Assembly: GCA_963760795.1 (NCBI GenBank)
Contig: CAVXEP010000005.1
Coordinates: 98,609 to 162,608 of the forward strand
Length of the DNA: 64,000 nt
Source: an uncultured delta proteobacterium
GTDB lineage: Bacteria > Desulfobacterota > Binatia > UBA9968
Direction of reading: 5' to 3'
Shown here in pieces: positions 9,368 through 19,715 of the stretch. The first letter of the stretch is position 1; each line of letters opens with the position of its first letter. The notes below the pieces were generated by a model, which saw only the letters and a list, made by a program, of their open reading frames with translations, was not told where the DNA came from and searched no databases. The translations under genes and the position numbers were made by a program.

Positions 9368-10438
9368 TTACTCCTGCGTCATTTTACGTAAGGCATCCCG
9401 CACCGGTCCGGTAGCGGCGCGAAATACCGCGGTGTTAACCTTCGCCGCGTCCTCGCCGACAAAACTGACCAATTGAAATCGCAACATGCGTTCCGCCTCC
9501 GCTTTGAATTCGGGATTGTCGAAGGTATCGCGAAAACCTTTGCGCAGTGTCTCGATTGTTGTCGCCGGCGTCTTGGGTGGCGCGACGACAAAACGACCGA
9601 GACTGCGTACCGCTCCGGAAATTTTGAAAGCGTCGGCTAACGGCCCTGAAAAATCGGCTTTCTTCGCGGCCCGAAAGAATTCCTTGAACGTCGGCAGGTC
9701 GGCGCGCGGATCGCGAACAATCTCGCCATCGGGAGCGGCCAAACCGTCTTGATAGATTGGCACCACGACACCCTCTCGCGCCATCATCGCGCCGCCCATG
9801 GTATAGCCGGTGAGACCCTCTGATGTGTAATTGATTTCGCCCCGCTGGACGGCCAGCCGAAGGTCGGCTTCGCCGGCGTAGCCCGTCACGTAACGGTAAG
9901 GCACGCCGAGAAGATCGAGCGCCATGCGGAGCGCCAGATCTTTGTTGCTCTCGCGGGTGAATCCGCCGATGATGATCGGCTTGGTCGGTTTGAGAATTTC
10001 CCCGGGACCTTTCACCCCGGTATCGGCGCGAATGTAAACCACCGAGGTTTCGCCAACGCCCGCGATCATCGGCATTTTGTTGAGATCGAAGCGGACGCCC
10101 GCGCCGCCGAGTATCTGCGGCAGATAGCCACCGGAGAAAACTCCGACGGTCAAGCCATCGGGATTGGCGACCTCGTACACGTAGTTGGCGCCGACATTGC
10201 CCCCGCCGCCAGGCATGTTCTGAACCGCCACCGTCGGGTTGCCGGCAAGATGCTTGCCCAAATATCTAGAGACCAGCCTGGCGACCACATCGGTGGCCCC
10301 TCCGGTAGGATAGTTAACCAGCAAGCGGACGGTCTTGCCTTTGTAGAACGTCTCCTGGGCGGGCACCGGCCGACTTGCCAAAAAAAAGCCGAGACCGATC
10401 GCGGCAGCAGAAAAAATCAAACAGCCTCTGCGCGCCAT
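9368..10438 (-). CDS. Bug/TctC family substrate-binding protein
   Basis: YPTGGATD, NMPGGGG, PDGLT and AVQRGE motifs. Start MARRG follows AAGGAGG. Confidence 0.9.
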   Translation of the reverse strand: MARRGCLIFSAAAIGLGFFLASRPVPAQETFYKGKTVRLLVNYPTGGATDVVARLVSRYLGKHLAGNPTVAVQNMPGGGGNVGANYVYEVANPDGLTVGVFSGGYLPQILGGAGVRFDLNKMPMIAGVGETSVVYIRADTGVKGPGEILKPTKPIIIGGFTRESNKDLALRMALDLLGVPYRYVTGYAGEADLRLAVQRGEINYTSEGLTGYTMGGAMMAREGVVVPIYQDGLAAPDGEIVRDPRADLPTFKEFFRAAKKADFSGPLADAFKISGAVRSLGRFVVAPPKTPATTIETLRKGFRDTFDNPEFKAEAERMLRFQLVSFVGEDAAKVNTAVFRAATGPVRDALRKMTQE

Positions 10439-10571
10439 TGTGCTTCCTCCTTTTTGAGAGGTCGCTATCGAGCCTGGGTTGGTCAACTGCGCCGAACTCA
10501 TGCAGTCCGACAATCCGGCAATCCCGGCCAATTTCATACCGGAAGATCACGAAGAAGAAACCGATAACGAA

Positions 10572-11201
10572 CTATTCCACTGACACGCTCTCCTCACTCT
10601 CGACACTTTTTTTAACCGTCGGGCGCTGCATCATGCGCTCCCGCCATGACGTGTAGGCACCGAGATCCGTCATGGGAAATCCGCTGCGCGCGCCCCAGCC
10701 GTAGAAGACCAGCGCATAGCCATCGACGGCGGTGAACTCTTTGCCCATGATCCAGCCGTTTGCTTGGATCATCGAGTCGATCTCCTGGAGATTGGCCCAG
10801 AACGATTTCCGGCCGTTTTCCTTGACCGCGGCGTGCGCCACTTCGCTGTCGGCGAAACGCTCGGGCCGATGGAAGCGCTGGTACGACGGATGGACGACGC
10901 TCGAGAACCAGCACATGGTGCCGATGCAGCGCGCCTCCTCGGCCGGATCGGAAGGCATCAGCTTTTTGTCCGGAAATCGCCGCGCCAGATAAGTGAGGAT
11001 TCCGGTGTTCTCGACCAGGATCTTGCCGTCGACGCTGAGCGCCGGGACTTTACCGCGCGGGTTGATCTTCAGATAGTCCGCGGTGCGCTGCTGCCCCTTG
11101 GCCAGCAGGATCGGTTTGGCCTCGTAGGGCGCGCCGGTTTCTTCCAGACCGATATGCGAAGCCAAAGAACATGCGCCAGGACTGAAATAGAGCGTCATCA
11201 T
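10572..11201 (-). CDS. Glutathione S-transferase (beta-class-like)
   Basis: LYFSPGACSLASHI, INPRGKVPAL and ENTGILTYLA; GGAGG RBS. Confidence 0.93.
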   Translation of the reverse strand: MMTLYFSPGACSLASHIGLEETGAPYEAKPILLAKGQQRTADYLKINPRGKVPALSVDGKILVENTGILTYLARRFPDKKLMPSDPAEEARCIGTMCWFSSVVHPSYQRFHRPERFADSEVAHAAVKENGRKSFWANLQEIDSMIQANGWIMGKEFTAVDGYALVFYGWGARSGFPMTDLGAYTSWRERMMQRPTVKKSVESEESVSVE

Positions 11202-11367
11202 GGGAACACCTCCGGTTTTGTTGAGTTGAATTAGCGTAGCGCACCGTCGAGCAGACGATCCACGCCGCGTCACTACGATTTTTTGCGACAGTAAGCGCTA
11301 ACGAGCGATCCTGTCAACCTGACATCAGTTGCGTATCACTTTGATAATCATTTGACCTCTCGGATAA

Positions 11368-11691
11368 GCTCGGATTCAAATACGGATTGGAGAGATGAAC
11401 AACGATCTGGTCGCCGCCGAGATTCAGCTCAACGACATGCTGCGCATCGCCGACAATCACGATTTCGAAGCCATCGACCAAAATGGCCATGATATTCTGG
11501 CGCGCAAAACCAATGTGGCGAGCGGCGCCATCGGCGTCGTCACCAAGGCGATGGAAATCGTCGGCGGTGCGGGATTTTTTCGAAGTTTCGGTCTCGAGCG
11601 GCTGTTCCGCGACGTTCAAGCCGCGCGCATCCATCCGCTGCCGGAAAGCGAGCAGGTGAAATTTTCCGGCGAGTACCTATTGCGGGACTGA
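11368..11691 (+). pseudogene. C-terminal remnant of an acyl-CoA dehydrogenase
   Basis: RIQIRIGEM...AMEIVGGAGF...LERLFRDVQAARIHP. Only ~107 codons, with an in-frame stop at 11365. Confidence 0.8.
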
Positions 11692-11763
11692 CGCAGTTCG
11701 CGCCGGGCGGCAGGTTGGCTTGACTGTAGAGAGCGGCCTGCCGCCCCGGCACACCGCATCGCC

Positions 11764-12354
11764 TCACTCGCGGAAGCGCCGCGTGGCAGCGGCGGCGGCT
11801 TCTTTTATTCCGGGCAGAGGACAGAAATTGTTCGCCTCTACGCCGAAGACCGGGTTGAACTTGCTGCGAAAGTTCTCGAGCGCGATGACCGCGGCCAATT
11901 CGACTAATTCCTCGTCGGTAAAATGCTTCTTGAGACGATTGAAAAACTTATCCGTGACCCGTTTACCCGTGTAGGTCATACGCTCGGCCAGCTCCAGCGC
12001 CAGCCGCTCACGCAAGGAAAACAATGGATTTTTCTTGTAATCGCCCAATGCCGCTTCGACCTTTTCCGCCGCCGCGCCGTTTTGCATCGCCCCGGATGCA
12101 TTACTATCAATTCAATAGGGACAGCCATTGATATGGGCGGTCCTGACGCAGACCAGGTTGCGTAACTCCTGCGCGATCAGTCCTGATTCCTGAATACCCT
12201 GGGCAAGCGCCTGAACTCCCTTCTGAATCGTCGGCCTGACGGCGGACACCTGCGCCGCGTTTGAGACGAACCCATGACGTTTCTTCTGCTCTGCGAAAAT
12301 CTGCCGCACGTCATCATTGGCATCACTTTCCGTTACCCCTTTGATCCTGGCCAT
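11764..12354 (-). CDS. AhpD/carboxymuconolactone-decarboxylase-like selenoprotein (CxxU)
   Basis: ORFs 12112-12354 and 11764-12087 are in frame across TGA 12112-12114 (INGCPY-U-IDSNASGAMQ...). The merged product is 196 aa, with RERLALELAERMT and EELVEL CMD motifs. Confidence 0.85.
12083..12100 (-). promoter_or_regulatory. Putative bacterial SECIS hairpin
   Basis: mRNA UGCAUC-CGGGGC-GAUGCA. The stem starts 12 nt after the UGA and the G-rich loop 18 nt after it. Confidence 0.65.
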
Positions 12355-12561
12355 ACATTTCCCCTCTGTTTCCTTCGATGCTGAGAGTACGAGACGACGC
12401 CCGCATTCTGCTCATGCACTCTGCGATCTTTGCTAGAAAATCCGCCCCGGTGGCGCAGCCCTGTGCGATCAGCAGCGTTGCCAGCTAATCCGTTTGAGGC
12501 CAAATGCGCTATCAACCTCGACGCGCTCTTGGGGCGAATGGAAAACCCGTCAGGCGCGTGT

Positions 12562-12969
12562 TTAAACGCTGCCGTAGAGCTGCTCGGGGGTAACTAGAAT
12601 CAGGCTGCGCTGCTCCTCGCGCATTTGCTTGGCAAATTCCTCGTCAGTCCCCTTGGTTCGTCCCATCGAAACGTAAAAGTCCTTCAGGCGCTTGATGTGC
12701 GCCGGCGTGTCTTGCCAAGGTTCGATGGACGCCGGCCCTTCGACGGTGACGTAACGCCGGTTTTCGAGTTTGATGACCGTGATCGTCGCTCGGCCCGTTC
12801 GTTCGATGTTTTTAGCCTTGACGGTACGCGGCCGCGCCGCGACGCCGACCTTGCCGTCCAGCACCGCAGTCGAGACGATGGTCGCCTGTGCACGGCCTTT
12901 CGGCGTGACAGTCGCCGCGACACCAGTATGATTTTCCTGCAACAGGGGAAGCGCTTCTTTCCATTCCAT
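12562..12969 (-). CDS. Pyridoxamine 5'-phosphate oxidase-like (PPOX class, possibly F420/FMN) protein
   Basis: ATVTPKGRAQAT, KAKNIERTGR, YVTVEG and MREEQR. Confidence 0.8.
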   Translation of the reverse strand: MEWKEALPLLQENHTGVAATVTPKGRAQATIVSTAVLDGKVGVAARPRTVKAKNIERTGRATITVIKLENRRYVTVEGPASIEPWQDTPAHIKRLKDFYVSMGRTKGTDEEFAKQMREEQRSLILVTPEQLYGSV

Positions 12970-13127
12970 CTGATCGTTCCTCCGAACGTTGAAGTATTGG
13001 CGGCTTAACCGCGATCAACTCGGCAGCTATAACCCTGCCCACGGCGATGAGTCAAGGTGTAATCGCAACCTTTGCGCCCTAGCGTGCTTGGCGCGAGACA
13101 TTGCGAATTTTACCGCACCCCAGTTCC

Positions 13128-13158
13128 GTAGGATGGGTGGAGCGCAGCGATACCCATC
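13128..13158 (+). repeat. GTAG-type REP element
   Basis: GTAG + GATGGGT-ggagcgcagcgat-ACCCATC hairpin. Confidence 0.75.
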
Positions 13159-13340
13159 ATCCCAGCGTAGTCTAGCGGCGCGTGTAAAACGCGGGTTAGA
13201 AAACCCGCGCTCCTTTCGGGATCGATACCGTCAAGCATTTTGAACGACTTGAACGGCTCTTAACGATGTGAACCTTCGTGGTGAGCCAGCTTTCCGAGGT
13301 GGAAAACCTTTTTCGATTGCGATAAGTGAAACTGTATCCT

Positions 13341-13442
13341 TTCGTCATACCAGTTCGGTCGACGCGGCTTCGCGTTCGCGGGATGTCAGTAACTTGGACC
13401 GAGCCCAGAACCTGGATTGCCGCGTTCGCGGGAATGACGAAG
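13341..13442. repeat. GTCAT...GGAATGAC-type palindromic repeat element
   Basis: TTCGTCAT...CTGGATTGCCGCGTTCGCGGGAATGACGAA with inverted ends; same terminal motif as 56806-56871. Confidence 0.6.
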
Positions 13443-13478
13443 GAGCGAACTTCTCGGTTCGGAATCGGCATAAATCAA

Positions 13479-14664
13479 ATGATCTCCGGCGCTCTCGAAG
13501 GATTTACTTGTATCGATGTCAGCGGCCATGTGGCCGGGCCCTACGCCGGCAGCTTGCTCGGCGACTTGGGCTGCGAAGTGATCAAAGTCGAGCTGCCCAA
13601 CGGCGGCGACACCCACCGCGGGCGCAATCCCAAATACGACGGCTACGGTCCGAGTTTCCGCGCGCTCAATCGAAATAAAAAAAGCCTCACCCTCAACCTG
13701 CGCGACAAAAAAGCCCGTGAGATTTTGCACCAACTGCTCGCAACTGCGGATATTTTCCTGGAAAACTTCCGCCCGCCGACGCGCCAACAGCTGGGCCTCG
13801 ACTACGACGACCTGGCGAAAGTTAATCCCAAACTGATCCACTGCTCGATCTCCGGCTACGGCCAGAGCGGCCCGTACCGAGACAAACCCGGCTTCGACAC
13901 CATCGGCCAGGCGTTGAGCGGCATGATGAGTCTGGTCACCGATCTCGACGATCCCAAAGTCGCCGGCATCTCCTTCGTCGACCACTCGGCCGGCATCTTC
14001 GCCGCCCACGGCATCATGGCGGCGCTGCTCGCCCGCGGCCAAAACCGGAGTTGGGCCAGTTCATCGATGTCTCGCTCTTGCAAGTCGCCATCGCATTTAT
14101 CGAGTCCCATGTTTCGGATTACTTGAACGGCGGCGAAGCGGTGTCGCGGGATAACTTTCCCAAGGGGCAGAATTTACAGCCTGCTCGATTGTGATAAGAA
14201 ACCGTTCATGGTGCATCTGTCCGGCCACAACCAAGCTTGGGAAGGCCTGCTCAAAGCCGGCGAACTCGACGAGCGCGTCGGCGATCCGCGCTTCGCCACG
14301 CGCAAGCAGCGCAGCGATCGCCATGACGAGATCGTCGCCATGCTGCGCGACGGCGTTCGTCAAGAAACGCCGCGACTACTGGCTGCCGCGCCTCGACGCC
14401 AACAGCATCCCCAACGCGCCGATCAACACGATTCAGGAAGTGTTCGACAACCCGCAGATCAAACATCTGGGCATTCCCAAACAGATCGAGCATCCCAAGA
14501 TGGGCGTGAGCAATCTGGTCGGCAGCCCGATCAACATGTCCGGCACACCGCCAAAATTTTTTCGCGCCGCGCCGCTGCTCGGGGAAAATACCGAAGAAAT
14601 ATTGGCCAAGTTGGGTTACGACCGGCAATGCTGTTAAGGAATTGAAGGCAATGGAGTGATATGA
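13479..14664 (+). pseudogene. CaiB/BaiF family III CoA-transferase with multiple frameshifts
   Basis: AGPYAG, LGCEVIKVE, NRNKKS, ENFRP and ISGYGQSGPY motifs. Homology continues across frame changes near 14038, 14053, 14162, 14352 and 14627. Confidence 0.8.
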
Positions 14665-14742
14665 AATTCAGTTACGAGTTTGGCGTTACGGGTTTCGTCT
14701 TACTCGAAGCCGAAACTGTGAACGACTGAAAAGGAGTGAATC

Positions 14743-15957
14743 ATGGATTTTAACGTCAGTGCAGATCCACCCCAGGTGGTGGAGTTTCGCAAAGAGGTCG
14801 GCGCTTGGCTTGCCGAGCAGTTTAAAGGCAACGAGCATCTGCGCTGGTCGGCCTCCTGGTCGACCCGCGAGGATGCCGACGAGTACAAGTTCCGCCGCGG
14901 CCTGGCCGAAAAGCTCGGCGCCAAGGGCTGGCTGTTCCCGCTCTATCCCAAACAATACGGCGGCGCTGAACTCACCGTCGATCATCAGATGGTGCTGGAA
15001 ACCGAGCTGTTCAAGTACGGCCTCAATCTCTCGCACACGTTTTACACCTTGGCGCGCATCGTCGCGCCGGTGTTGATCCGCTGGGGCACGGAGGAACAGA
15101 AGGCGGAATTCTTGCCGGCCATCACCAAGGCGCAAATCTGCGTCTGGCAGGTGCTCACCGAGCCCCATGGCGGCAGCGACATCGCCAACTGTCAGACCAA
15201 GGCGATCCGCGACGGCGATCACTATGTCGTCAACGGTCAAAAAGTCATGGTCGGCCACCACCTGCCGCCGGATTATCTGTGGACGCTGGTGTGCACCAAC
15301 CCCCAGGGCAAACGCCATGAAAATCTCGCCTGGCTGCATATCCCGGCCAATCTTCCCGGCATCACGATTCAACATATGAACTTGATGATGGGCATCAAAA
15401 ACGCCGTGTTCTTCGACAACGTCCGCGTGCCGGCGAAATACCTGATCGGCGGCGAGAACAACGGCTGGAAAGTCGCCAGCACCCACATGGAGTTGGAACA
15501 TGGCGGCGACGGCCGCATCGCCGTCGACCCATTGATCGAACGGGTGGTCGAGTACTGCCGCAATACCCACATCGACGGCAAACCGATCATCGAAGATCCG
15601 CGCGTGCGCGACCTGGTCGCCGACATGACCATCGAGTTGAACACCCTGCGCCGCTTCAATCAATTAATCTACTGGTGCCGCTTCGCCAAGAAGCCGCATC
15701 CCTACGGCGGCCCGCAACAACGTTATTTTCAGCGCATGTTGCGCCTGCGCAACGGCGAGCGCTTGCAGGCGATCATGGGCGCCGACGCCCTGGTGCAAAA
15801 TCTATCGGTGCACGAAGTCATCGACTTCGAGTACGCCGTGCGCACCGGCCCCGGCCAGCTCCATGGCGGCGGCACATTGGACACCGACCGGTTGATCTTC
15901 GCCCGTCGTCTCGGCCTCGGCCGTCCGACCAAGGAAACCGCGCCGGAGACGCATTAA
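14743..15957 (+). CDS. Acyl-CoA dehydrogenase family protein (catalytic-type subunit)
   Basis: LTEPHGGSD, NGQK, VFFDNVRVP, GGENNGW and GGGT motifs. Confidence 0.92.
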   Translation: MDFNVSADPPQVVEFRKEVGAWLAEQFKGNEHLRWSASWSTREDADEYKFRRGLAEKLGAKGWLFPLYPKQYGGAELTVDHQMVLETELFKYGLNLSHTFYTLARIVAPVLIRWGTEEQKAEFLPAITKAQICVWQVLTEPHGGSDIANCQTKAIRDGDHYVVNGQKVMVGHHLPPDYLWTLVCTNPQGKRHENLAWLHIPANLPGITIQHMNLMMGIKNAVFFDNVRVPAKYLIGGENNGWKVASTHMELEHGGDGRIAVDPLIERVVEYCRNTHIDGKPIIEDPRVRDLVADMTIELNTLRRFNQLIYWCRFAKKPHPYGGPQQRYFQRMLRLRNGERLQAIMGADALVQNLSVHEVIDFEYAVRTGPGQLHGGGTLDTDRLIFARRLGLGRPTKETAPETH

Positions 15958-15983
15958 TTGGACATGGGGCGACAGATAACAAT

Positions 15984-16064
15984 TGGCACATCTGGAACCA
16001 TTGGAACGATTGAAACATGAGCTGTTTTCGTTCCAGAGGTTCCATAAGGTTCCAATGGTTCCAA
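15984..16064. repeat. 9-bp-periodic inverted repeat (TGGAACCAT-type)
   Basis: tggcacatc tggaaccat tggaacgat tgaaacatg ... gaggttcca aaggttcca atggttcca. Confidence 0.8.
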
Positions 16065-16080
16065 ACGTAGGAGAAAAGAA

Positions 16081-17202
16081 ATGGATTTAGGTTTAACCGA
16101 AGACCAAGAGATGTTGAAAAAGGTTGCGGCGGATTTTGTCAAAGCCGAAGTGCCGGCGCACCAGATGACCCAGTGGTACAAAAACAAGCAAGTGTTTAGA
16201 CCGGAAATTTTAAAGAAAGCCGCCGAGCTCGGCTGGTTGGGCATGATGTTGCCGGAGGAATGGGGCGGCGCCGGCTTAGCGCCCATGGACTGCGCCGTGG
16301 TGTTCGAGCAGTTGGGCCATGGCCCGGTGCCGGGGCCGCTGTTCACCTCGGGCATACTCAGCGCCCAGATGATTTTTGAAGCCTGTACCGACGCGCAAAG
16401 AAATGCTTTGCTGCCGGCGCTGTGCAGCGGCAAGTCGATCGTCATACCGGCGATCGTCGACCAGTCGGCCTACTGGGGACCGGAAGCGGTGGAAACCCGC
16501 CTGAGCAAAACCCCCAGTGGCTATTTGATCAACGGCACCAAGCGTTTCGTCTTTGACGCCGACGCGGCGACGAGCTTTCTCTGCGCCGCGCGCAGCGAGG
16601 AAGGCAAAGTGGTTTTCTTGCTGGTCGACGCCAAGAGCCCCGGCATCACGGTGACCCAGCATATCGGCTTCTTTGTCTCGGTGTTTGAAGTGCGCTTCAA
16701 CAATGTCGCAGTCAGCGCCGACAACCTGCTCGGCTCCAGCGGCGCCAGTTGGGCGACCCTGGAAAATGCCCTCGACAAAGCGCTGCCGATTTTGTCCGCC
16801 TACCAAGTCGGCGCCACCCAGGAAGTCTTTGACTTCACCTGCGAGTACACCCGCACCCGCGTGGTCTTCGGCCAACCCATCGGCCGCTTCCAACGGGTGC
16901 AAGATCACTGCGTCGATATTTCGATCTGTTTGGACACGGCGCGCTGGGCCACCTACGAAGCGATCTGGCGCCTGGAAGCCGGCATGGACGCCCGCGCCGG
17001 CGTGCATGAAGCTAAAGCCACCGCCAGCGATGGGTATTATCACGGCACCAACTATGCGCACATGGTCTGGGCCGGACCGGGCACGGATTACAGCCACCCG
17101 ATGATGGCGCACAGCGTCCTCGCCCATACGCTGTATCAATATCTCGGCACGCCCGGTCATCATAAGCGCTTGATGGTCGACGCGTTGTATCCGCGGGCGT
17201 AG
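16081..17202 (+). CDS. Acyl-CoA dehydrogenase family protein (partner-type subunit)
   Basis: LGHGPVPGP, NGTKRFV and RVVFGQPIGRFQRVQ motifs. Confidence 0.9.
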   Translation: MDLGLTEDQEMLKKVAADFVKAEVPAHQMTQWYKNKQVFRPEILKKAAELGWLGMMLPEEWGGAGLAPMDCAVVFEQLGHGPVPGPLFTSGILSAQMIFEACTDAQRNALLPALCSGKSIVIPAIVDQSAYWGPEAVETRLSKTPSGYLINGTKRFVFDADAATSFLCAARSEEGKVVFLLVDAKSPGITVTQHIGFFVSVFEVRFNNVAVSADNLLGSSGASWATLENALDKALPILSAYQVGATQEVFDFTCEYTRTRVVFGQPIGRFQRVQDHCVDISICLDTARWATYEAIWRLEAGMDARAGVHEAKATASDGYYHGTNYAHMVWAGPGTDYSHPMMAHSVLAHTLYQYLGTPGHHKRLMVDALYPRA

Positions 17203-17211
17203 AGCTGATTG

Positions 17212-17293
17212 GGTCGAGGATGGAGGATTGAGGATGGATAATCGCCCGTTTCGCTCCCCGCCATCCTCGATCATCTATCCTCCATCCTCGACC
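17212..17293. repeat. 7-bp-periodic inverted repeat (GAGGATG-type)
   Basis: ggtc gaggatg gaggatt gaggatg gataatc ... catcctc gatcatc tatcctc catcctc gacc. Confidence 0.8.
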
Positions 17294-17316
17294 GCGGCGG
17301 AGCTACGAGAACTAAT

Positions 17317-18327
17317 ATGAGATTCCATTTCCATTTTCTCGCGCCACTGGCTCTCATCGCGGTTACAACCGCCGCCACCCCGCTGTACGCGCAATCCCAA
17401 TCCGCCCTCATCGACGGCGCCAAGAAGGAAGGCAAACTCACTTGGTACACTTCGATGGCGGTGGATACTTCGAAGCCGGTGCTCGATGCCTTTGTCAAAG
17501 AGCACCCGTTCATCAAACCGGAACTGGTGCGATTGGGCGAAGAACAATTGGTCAATCGCATCTTGAGCGAGACCCGCGCCGGGCGCTGGGCTTTCGATGT
17601 CCTATCGACAAGCTCGATCGCGACGATGATCGAGCGCAAGATGATCACGCCTTATCTCGCTCCCGATCGCGATCTTTTTATGGATCAATTCAAAGATCCC
17701 CAGGGCTACTGGACCGGCGTGTTCGTCAACAATCTGGTGCTCGCATTCAATACCAAGATGCTCGCCGCCAAAGACGCGCCGAAGAGTTATGAGGATCTGC
17801 TCCAGCCAAAATGGAAAGGGCAGATGCTCATGGACTCCACCGACTACGACTGGTTCGGTACGTTGATGACGGTGTGGGGCCGGGAAAAGACCGTCAAGTA
17901 CATGCAGCAGCTCGCCAAGCAAGACCCGCTCTGGCGCCGCGGCCACGGCTTGACCGCACAACTCGTAGGCGCCGGCGAAGTGCCGCTGGCGTGGGCCTAT
18001 AACTTCCGCATCGAAAGAATGAAGAGCGACGGCGCGCCAGTGGATTGGATCGAAAGCTTCGATCCGATCGTCGTGACCATCAGCGGCATAGCGCTTAGCG
18101 CCAAGGCAACCAGCCCCAACGCCGCCAAGCTGCTGATCAACTTCGCGACTTCGCGCAAGGGCCAGGAAATGATCCGCGAGATGCGCCGCATCCCGGCGCG
18201 CACCGACGTCAAACCGCTGGCGGCGAAAATGGACCAAAGCAAATTGAAGTTGAAAGCGGTGCCCAAAGAGGTGTACTCAGGACTGGACGATCACGCGCGC
18301 GAGTTTCGCAAGATATTCGGCATGTAA
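17317..18327 (+). CDS. ABC transporter substrate-binding protein (Fe3+/thiamine/AfuA-like class)
   Basis: Signal peptide; AKKEGKLTWYTS, APKSYEDLLQPKWKG and PNAAKL. Confidence 0.88.
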   Translation: MRFHFHFLAPLALIAVTTAATPLYAQSQSALIDGAKKEGKLTWYTSMAVDTSKPVLDAFVKEHPFIKPELVRLGEEQLVNRILSETRAGRWAFDVLSTSSIATMIERKMITPYLAPDRDLFMDQFKDPQGYWTGVFVNNLVLAFNTKMLAAKDAPKSYEDLLQPKWKGQMLMDSTDYDWFGTLMTVWGREKTVKYMQQLAKQDPLWRRGHGLTAQLVGAGEVPLAWAYNFRIERMKSDGAPVDWIESFDPIVVTISGIALSAKATSPNAAKLLINFATSRKGQEMIREMRRIPARTDVKPLAAKMDQSKLKLKAVPKEVYSGLDDHAREFRKIFGM

Positions 18328-18368
18328 CCTAGCACGGCACTAAGCGCAAGCAAATGGAAAAGAGCAAT

Positions 18369-18441
18369 TCACCACGAAGGACACGAAGGTTCGGCATAAC
18401 CGATACTCCGAACTTCGTGCGCTTCGTGTCCTTCGTGGTGA
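18369..18441. repeat. 9-bp-periodic inverted repeat (CACGAAGGA-type)
   Basis: TCACCACGAAGGACACGAAG...CTTCGTGTCCTTCGTGGTGA; sister copy at 47107-47173. Confidence 0.85.
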
Positions 18442-18540
18442 GATGGATTTTCTCATAGCGCGCGACTACTTCGGACAACGGGTTAGGACAATTTGCCCAG
18501 GCGGAGAAACTTTCAGGATAGCGATACAAGGAGAAACAAG

Positions 18541-19635
18541 ATGGCACGTCGGCGTTGGCGACGGTTTATCGTTCTCTGCGGGCTCGCAATATTTAGCGCA
18601 AATTCGAACGCGCCGTTCGCCGCGGAGAAAGCTCCCTTCTATCAAGGTAAGACTGTCAATATCATCATCAACTTCGCCGCCGGCGGCCCCACCGACATCG
18701 AAAGCCGGATTTTCGCCAAACATTTAACCAGGCATATACCTGGGCAGCCGACGGTGACCGTGCAAAATATGGGCGGCGGCGGCGGCTTGACCGCGGTCAA
18801 CTATCTCGGCGAGGTGGCCAAGTCCGACGGCATGACCGCTGCCTACTTCACCGGCAGCTTGTTTCTCCAACAGATCAAAGACCCGGCGTTGCGCGTCGAT
18901 CTGAGCAAGTTCGGCTTTATCACCGGCGTCCATGGCGTCACGGTGTCGTACATTCGCGCCGACGTGGCGCCAGGCATGAAGAAGCCCAGCGATTTTTTGA
19001 AGGCGCAAAAATTTCGCGCCGCCGGTCTCGGCGTGAACAGTTCCAAAGACGTGCGCTTTCGTCTCTCCTTCGATCTCTTGGGTCTGAAGTACGACTATGT
19101 CACTGGTTATAATAATAGTTCCGACGCCCGCCTCGCCGTGCAACGCAACGAAGCCCAGTATCACGACGAAACCCTGCCCGGCTACCGCACTCAGGTCGAG
19201 CCGCAGATGGTCAAGACCGGCATGGTAATCCCGCTCTACTACACCGATTTGGTCGCGCCCAGCGGCGAGATCTTAGTCAGCCGCGACGTACCGGAGCTAT
19301 TGCCGTTCAGCTACTTTTATCGGGAGATGTTTGGCAAACCGCCTGCGGGTATCAAATACGAAGCGCTGAAAGCAGCGAATATGTCGAGCACCAACATGAC
19401 CCGCATGGTGCTCTTGCCGCCTAAAGTCCCCGCGGAATCGATCGCGATCCTGCGCAAAGCCTTCGACGCTTTGTCGAGAGATCAGGATTTCCTCCAGGAT
19501 GCGATCGCGGCCATGCGCTTCCAGCCGCGTTTCGAAGTCGGCGCGGCCGGCGAGCGCTTGTTCAAACAGGCGTCACAGGTGTCTCCCGAAGTTGTCAATT
19601 TCCTACGCACGTACATCGACGAGGCGAATAGATAG
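18541..19635 (+). CDS. Bug/TctC family substrate-binding protein
   Basis: FAAGGPTD, NMGGGGG and LAVQRNE; AAGGAG RBS. Confidence 0.88.
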   Translation: MARRRWRRFIVLCGLAIFSANSNAPFAAEKAPFYQGKTVNIIINFAAGGPTDIESRIFAKHLTRHIPGQPTVTVQNMGGGGGLTAVNYLGEVAKSDGMTAAYFTGSLFLQQIKDPALRVDLSKFGFITGVHGVTVSYIRADVAPGMKKPSDFLKAQKFRAAGLGVNSSKDVRFRLSFDLLGLKYDYVTGYNNSSDARLAVQRNEAQYHDETLPGYRTQVEPQMVKTGMVIPLYYTDLVAPSGEILVSRDVPELLPFSYFYREMFGKPPAGIKYEALKAANMSSTNMTRMVLLPPKVPAESIAILRKAFDALSRDQDFLQDAIAAMRFQPRFEVGAAGERLFKQASQVSPEVVNFLRTYIDEANR

Positions 19636-19715
19636 TTATTCGAAATAGCGATTGCCGCGGCGCCGTTCAAAATAGATTTAGCCGCTAACTTTCCAGCGTC
19701 AAAGAGGAGAGCACC

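Noticed and set aside
14030-14664. Programmed frameshifting in the CoA-transferase
   Set aside because: Too many independent shifts and no slippery heptamer with a stimulator; error or decay is more parsimonious.
15984-18441. Short repeats considered as a CRISPR array
   Set aside because: Units are 7-9 bp, tandem and inverted, with no unique spacers and no cas genes.
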